From: a bacterium
GTDB lineage: Bacteria; Zhuqueibacterota; Zhuqueibacteria; Oceanimicrobiales; Oceanimicrobiaceae
Direction of reading: 5' to 3'
Length of the DNA stretch: 10,839 bases
Assembly: GCA_037446635.1 (NCBI GenBank)
Contig: JBBIIG010000027.1
Span: 1-10,839 of the forward strand
This document shows, piece after piece, positions 6,527 through 10,839 of this stretch; position 1 is the stretch's first letter, and each line of letters starts with the position of its first letter. The position numbers were made by a program, and so were the translations under genes. A model generated the notes under the pieces. The model did no database searches and was not told the origin of the DNA. It was given only the letters and a program-made list of their open reading frames with translations.

Positions 6527-6907
6527 CTATCGCCGTTTACGAGCTTGTTCGCGTATAGCGTTGAGGTTAATAATCTCAGCAACTTCAAATTTTGGCGGCA
6601 TGCTGTCTTTGAGTGGCCGCAGACGAATACACGGCGGGAAATAGCCCATGCGTCCGTGCAGTTCGGCGAGCAAAGTCACAGCAATGAAATTAAATGACGG
6701 TGGATTTATCAAAATTTCCTCACCTTGCCACTGCTGGGAGGCAAACCCAATACTATCCACAAGCTGGATGATTTGCTCGGCGTAGGGTTTGGCGGCGTCG
6801 AAATGGACGGCAATGTTTTTGATTTCGGTGATTTTTTTCCCGCTCATTGCTTCCACTTGTTCGAGTTGCGGAGCGGTGAGGGGGTGAGAGAGGTTGAGAA
6901 TGCGCAT
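6527..6907 (-). CDS. csx15: CRISPR-associated protein Csx15
   Basis: 126 aa with the characteristic 'ILNLSHPLT..QLEQ' N-terminus, 'WQ...ILINPP', 'LLAELHGRMGYFP..IRLRP' and 'FEVAEIINL..IR..AR..R' C-terminus. Confidence 0.85.
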   Translation of the reverse strand: MRILNLSHPLTAPQLEQVEAMSGKKITEIKNIAVHFDAAKPYAEQIIQLVDSIGFASQQWQGEEILINPPSFNFIAVTLLAELHGRMGYFPPCIRLRPLKDSMPPKFEVAEIINLNAIREQARKRR

Positions 6908-6909
6908 AA

Positions 6910-7818
6910 CTAATTCCCTTTCCTTCCAAGAATTTTTTGAATTGTCGCAATCGCCAACTCTTTTTCTTTGTTATCAATTTTACCTTGAAGATGGAAACTA
7001 GGCAACTCAATCAGAGTGATATTATGAGCCTCTGCTAACTCTCGTAGATTAGAACGAGTATGATCCCAAACGGTGTCAATGACTAGAACTTTTCTGGTAT
7101 AAGTTCCGAGAAATTCACGACTCGCAGCAGTATTCAGCTGATCGATGCCTTCTTTTTGTCGGGCTCTTTCCCCGCTCTTGATCTCAACCACAGCCACTTG
7201 GTTTGAAATACGGCAAACCAAATCTATATCCAGCGCATGACGGTTGATCCCGACGAGGCATTCATCAACGGCCAGTCGAATAAAGCTTTCCACAGCGCGC
7301 TCGAAATCACCTCCTTTGGTTTTCGAGAATCCCCTCTCGACATATTCACCCAAGAAAGCGTGCAAATATTCCTTGAGACTTATGCTCTCTTGAATATTTT
7401 CATCGCCGCACAAAACCGCTTCGCGCTTTTTAAAAACATATTTATAGATCTTGCTTTCCTGGCCTTCACTTTGAAAGTATAGGAATTGAGCCGAAAGATT
7501 GCGTGCGACTTCGTACGCGGCAAGACTCATAATCTTGGTGCCGCCGGTGAGATTAAAGACAAGAGATGAACTATTCCACTTTTTTTCATCAATTAATTTT
7601 TGCAACACCAGAATATCTGCAGAAATATCGTACGGTAGAACTTCTAAAGGGTGAACCTCGACAGTCGGTTTCAGCAGCTTTTCCAGCCGCTGGAAAACCT
7701 TTTTTGTGGACATCGTGTAGGCTAAAACAACCTCGGTTGCTTCTTCGTGACGAATCGGAAGTATATTCGGTATGGGCTGCTCCCCAACGAGTGAGATCAT
7801 TACCATATGCGCGCTCAT
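6910..7818 (-). CDS. CARF + restriction-endonuclease-like nuclease (DUF1887; Card1/Can2-like)
   Basis: CARF motifs 'ISLVGEQPIPN' and 'FNLTGGTKIMSLAAY'; PD-(D/E)xK motifs 'GDFERAV', 'DIDLV' and 'VVEIKSG'. Start placed at ATG 7818, 9 nt after GGAGG; the ATG at 7827 directly abuts that RBS. Confidence 0.85.
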   Translation of the reverse strand: MSAHMVMISLVGEQPIPNILPIRHEEATEVVLAYTMSTKKVFQRLEKLLKPTVEVHPLEVLPYDISADILVLQKLIDEKKWNSSSLVFNLTGGTKIMSLAAYEVARNLSAQFLYFQSEGQESKIYKYVFKKREAVLCGDENIQESISLKEYLHAFLGEYVERGFSKTKGGDFERAVESFIRLAVDECLVGINRHALDIDLVCRISNQVAVVEIKSGERARQKEGIDQLNTAASREFLGTYTRKVLVIDTVWDHTRSNLRELAEAHNITLIELPSFHLQGKIDNKEKELAIATIQKILGRKGN

Positions 7819-7819
7819 T

Positions 7820-10057
7820 TTATACATCCTCCGGCTTGGGAAGCACTTTGCGTTTTTTAAATTCTCTGGGATCCATCATGTATGCAGTTCGCTTTTCCCA
7901 ATTTGGTGGAAATGGGTTTTGCCAAGTTAACATTTTTTCAAGTTTTTGCAGTCTATAGGTTTGCCAAAGATCAGCACAATTTTCTGGCATTTCGCTTTTA
8001 TCGATTCGTTGCAAAACATGATCGCAAAATTTGTTAATAAATTTTGTAAGAGAATCTTCAGGCTGCAAGTCGTCATCTCTCCATTCTGCCAACAAAGTCT
8101 GATAACGATTTTTGCGGTTACTCAGGTAAAGTTTAGGTGCGATTTTAACTGAACCTAAGCCCAATGGCTTACCCATCCCTAATTTATGGCAACATCCTGG
8201 TCTTAAAAGCAAAACAAAAAGTAATGCACCTAATTCCATCTCAGTCAGATTTTCGAAGCGGATTCTGCTCTTGAATTTGGCTTTTGTAGGAACAGGTCGG
8301 ATAACTGTGTATTGACGCTTTTCATCTTGCTTAATGGCTTCGCAGATAGCGCTACGTATATCTTTAGGAATTTTCAAAAAGTTGATGATCTTTCTTTTTC
8401 CAAAAGGCGGTCTATTGTCCTCATGTTTTTCTGGTACCTTCACGCCTTTTTGTTCTTCAACGGCGTCAAGAATTTTTTTATCGACAATCACCTGATTAGC
8501 CTTCCAATTGTCGCCTCGGTCGCGATGCCAGTAAATCTTGTAGCCACGAATTAAGGCGTCATCGGAATCATAAGTGTGAAGGCTTGCAGGATCATCGGAA
8601 TCTTGTTCGAGATAATGCTGGAACGTTGTCGGTTTGGGAGAAGCAAGAATTTCTGGCACTGATTCGTCGAGCATTTGAGTCTTATTTTCGTCAAAGGGAA
8701 TGGCATCTTCAAAAAAGACCCGGCCAGCGATGTTTTGTTCCTTTTTCTCATTTACTATGCCGAAAATATTCTCAGCCAGATCAATCTTCTCCGGCTGCTT
8801 TAAGTCTGTAGAAATGCAATCCGGAATCGAATGTCTATAATTCACACGAAACATGCCTGTATGGCCGAAAGACAAAATCTGACCGTTAGCGTCTGTAGCA
8901 TAAAAGCACGGGACATATTGATATTTTTTTAGCTTTTCCAATAAATCATACTGTTCATGGCGATTTACATCATGTTGGTAATCCTCAATTGAGACAGGGA
9001 TAAAGTTATCGGATCTTTTCGCGATTACCCATTGCATATGTTTTCGAGGCGCAAAGCCAGTGTACACCAAGGTTCCCTCGTGCCAGTCGGCTGGAATAGC
9101 CTTTTCATGTTCTTTGTCAAATTTTTGGATATTGGTCACCTTACTGTACCATAACGGAACCGAATGGGGCCAATCCGAGCCAACCTTGGAATGCTGGAAA
9201 AGAATTGGTTGAAAACCATATTTGAATTTGCGATTCTGGACTTTTTTCCGCTTGCCGGTTTTGCCATCATCATCATCTTTAGAAACTTTTTCCGGATACA
9301 ACTCTGAAACCTTTTTTTGAAGATCTTCTTCCTCGACTTTAAAATATTGTAAGAGCGAGATATTCTTTGAATTTTTTTCTTCAACTTCAAGCTCTACTGC
9401 GGGATAAATTTTGTACTCGCCTTGGGAGTAGGTGAGATATCCCGCCTTAACTTTCATGGCATACGCGCCGTCCGACCGCATCTCTTCAACCATATTTTTG
9501 CGATATGCTTCTTCCAAATTTTTTGCGACGTCTGTAAAGGCTCGATAATAAAGCTTCACATTATTCGTGTGTATAAATTTGCCAAAACTAACAATTTCCA
9601 TCAGGTTTCGTACCATACCGCGTAAGCTGCTTCCAGGCAGACGAATTTTGTCGGCTGGGGAAAAAAAAGCTGATGAAAATCCACCAGCTTTATATTCGTC
9701 TGAAGTAAGCGAATCGCGGATATAAAGCGGGGTCAACGCTTCGATCTCGCAATCGATATAACCGGTTTTACAGTGTTCAGTATCGTAGATGGCAAATCCT
9801 GCACAAGATTTCTTCTTTTCAGCCTCGGCTGCACCTTCAGCCTGTACAACCTCTTTGTTCAAAGGCACGAAATTGTACGGTGCTGTTGCCGGTTGTTTCA
9901 ACTGCGAATCTCGACTGGATTTGAGTTTCCTGGTTTCCTTATCAGGTTTTCTCCCAAATTCCTTTTTTGAATCCGAGGTGGATGGTTCCGAGGACTCTTC
10001 CACTTCGATGCCCTGTTCTTCTGCGAGTTTTTTGAGTTTCTCTTTCCAATCTTCCAT
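7820..10057 (-). CDS. cas7: Type III-D Cas7-family RAMP protein with large insertion (TIGR03986-like)
   Basis: 'ATAPYNFVPL', 'IEALTPLYIR', 'LPGSSLRGMVRNLMEI', 'AGRVFFEDA', 'LASPKPTTFQHYL', 'RGYKIYWH', 'IRFENL...ELGALL' and G-loop 'KLGMGKPLGLGS'; directly downstream of csx19. The start is probably ATG 10057 (RBS AAGGAG); the alternative is 10093. Confidence 0.88.
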   Translation of the reverse strand: MEDWKEKLKKLAEEQGIEVEESSEPSTSDSKKEFGRKPDKETRKLKSSRDSQLKQPATAPYNFVPLNKEVVQAEGAAEAEKKKSCAGFAIYDTEHCKTGYIDCEIEALTPLYIRDSLTSDEYKAGGFSSAFFSPADKIRLPGSSLRGMVRNLMEIVSFGKFIHTNNVKLYYRAFTDVAKNLEEAYRKNMVEEMRSDGAYAMKVKAGYLTYSQGEYKIYPAVELEVEEKNSKNISLLQYFKVEEEDLQKKVSELYPEKVSKDDDDGKTGKRKKVQNRKFKYGFQPILFQHSKVGSDWPHSVPLWYSKVTNIQKFDKEHEKAIPADWHEGTLVYTGFAPRKHMQWVIAKRSDNFIPVSIEDYQHDVNRHEQYDLLEKLKKYQYVPCFYATDANGQILSFGHTGMFRVNYRHSIPDCISTDLKQPEKIDLAENIFGIVNEKKEQNIAGRVFFEDAIPFDENKTQMLDESVPEILASPKPTTFQHYLEQDSDDPASLHTYDSDDALIRGYKIYWHRDRGDNWKANQVIVDKKILDAVEEQKGVKVPEKHEDNRPPFGKRKIINFLKIPKDIRSAICEAIKQDEKRQYTVIRPVPTKAKFKSRIRFENLTEMELGALLFVLLLRPGCCHKLGMGKPLGLGSVKIAPKLYLSNRKNRYQTLLAEWRDDDLQPEDSLTKFINKFCDHVLQRIDKSEMPENCADLWQTYRLQKLEKMLTWQNPFPPNWEKRTAYMMDPREFKKRKVLPKPEDV

Positions 10058-10089
10058 GGTACGATCTCCTTGAAAAATAATCTGTTTCA

Positions 10090-10755
10090 TCACCCAACAT
10101 TAGTCTTATGTTGCAGGAATTCGCGGACATCTTTTTCCGTAATGGTGCGAAATTCAACAAACCGGCAATCCGCAAAAGTTGCCTGGTCATTATCCATGTA
10201 GTCGATGTAATTGCGGGTTTTCAGCCACACCAATTGGCGGTCATACTTAAAATCCTGGTTTTCGTATTTGAAAACCGGGATTTCTGAGACCGAGAAGGGT
10301 AGAAAGAGTTCCGTGCCGCGATCCTCCCATAGCCGCGTCCATCCGCCCGGCAAAGGTTCAGCGTGGGTTCCCCATAGAAATTGTTTTGCTTCTATCACAT
10401 CGACTGCGTTCCCGGTTCCATCAATTCGCCGGCGATAGCGGAACCCAGCGTTTTCCTTCCAGATTTTAAGCTCGCGATCTTTGCTAAAAATCCGCGCCTG
10501 TTGGAGATACCGGGCATCCGGTTCTTCGTCTTTATAGAATTTGAATTTGCCAGCTTCCCATTTGGCAAAACGGATGCCGTAATCCAGATAAAAGACCGCG
10601 TATTCCGGCTCCCCGCCGCCGAATTGAACTTTGACCAGTTCACTCCAATCTTTCATCGCGGTAGGCTCCAAGTACGCCGGGGGATTCGGCTCAATGGTAG
10701 AAGCCAACTCTTTTAGCACCAGGCGGTTATTTTTTTCTTTTTCTTCTTTTTTCAT
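10090..10755 (-). CDS. csx19: Type III-D CRISPR-associated protein Csx19
   Basis: 221 aa: 'LQQARIFSKDRELKIWK', 'LWGT', 'LWEDRG..LFLP', 'RNYIDY' and 'DCRFV'. Its position immediately before the Cas7-insertion gene is the usual III-D order. Confidence 0.85.
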   Translation of the reverse strand: MKKEEKEKNNRLVLKELASTIEPNPPAYLEPTAMKDWSELVKVQFGGGEPEYAVFYLDYGIRFAKWEAGKFKFYKDEEPDARYLQQARIFSKDRELKIWKENAGFRYRRRIDGTGNAVDVIEAKQFLWGTHAEPLPGGWTRLWEDRGTELFLPFSVSEIPVFKYENQDFKYDRQLVWLKTRNYIDYMDNDQATFADCRFVEFRTITEKDVREFLQHKTNVG

Positions 10756-10838
10756 GATTTGATCTCCTGTGCCAGGATTTGAGCAAAGGGTTCCAGCAGT
10801 TCAAACTTTTCTTTATCAAAGATCAATCTTCCGTCACC
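10752..10838 (-). CDS. 3' end of an upstream gene (partial), probably a Cas7/Csm3-group RAMP of the III-D operon
   Basis: Open frame ...GDGRLIFDKEKFELLEPFAQILAQEIKS* whose TGA overlaps the csx19 ATG (ATGA). Identity is inferred only from gene order. Confidence 0.55.
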   Translation of the reverse strand, partial: GDGRLIFDKEKFELLEPFAQILAQEIKS

Positions 10839-10839
10839 A

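Overview
This window holds the distal part of a type III (most likely III-D) CRISPR-Cas locus, with all genes on the minus strand. In transcription order: the 3' end of an upstream gene (probably a Cas7/Csm3-group RAMP), csx19, a large Cas7-family RAMP with insertion, a CARF + PD-(D/E)xK nuclease (Card1/Can2-like), csx15, a two-TM-helix + CARF protein (Cam1-like), cas6, a 984-aa reverse transcriptase-TPR-primase/polymerase (AEP) fusion, cas1 and cas2. These are followed by an AT-rich leader and the first two 37-bp repeats of a CRISPR array that probably continues off the left edge. The most striking element is the RT-TPR-PrimPol fusion in the adaptation module: its RT catalytic motif reads YSDN instead of YxDD, while its AEP motifs look intact. 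Also notable are a 48-nt leader-proximal spacer and related GCAGTN-hexamer elements bracketing the RT-PrimPol + cas1 pair in inverted orientation. All family assignments come from motif recognition by eye; no database search was run.
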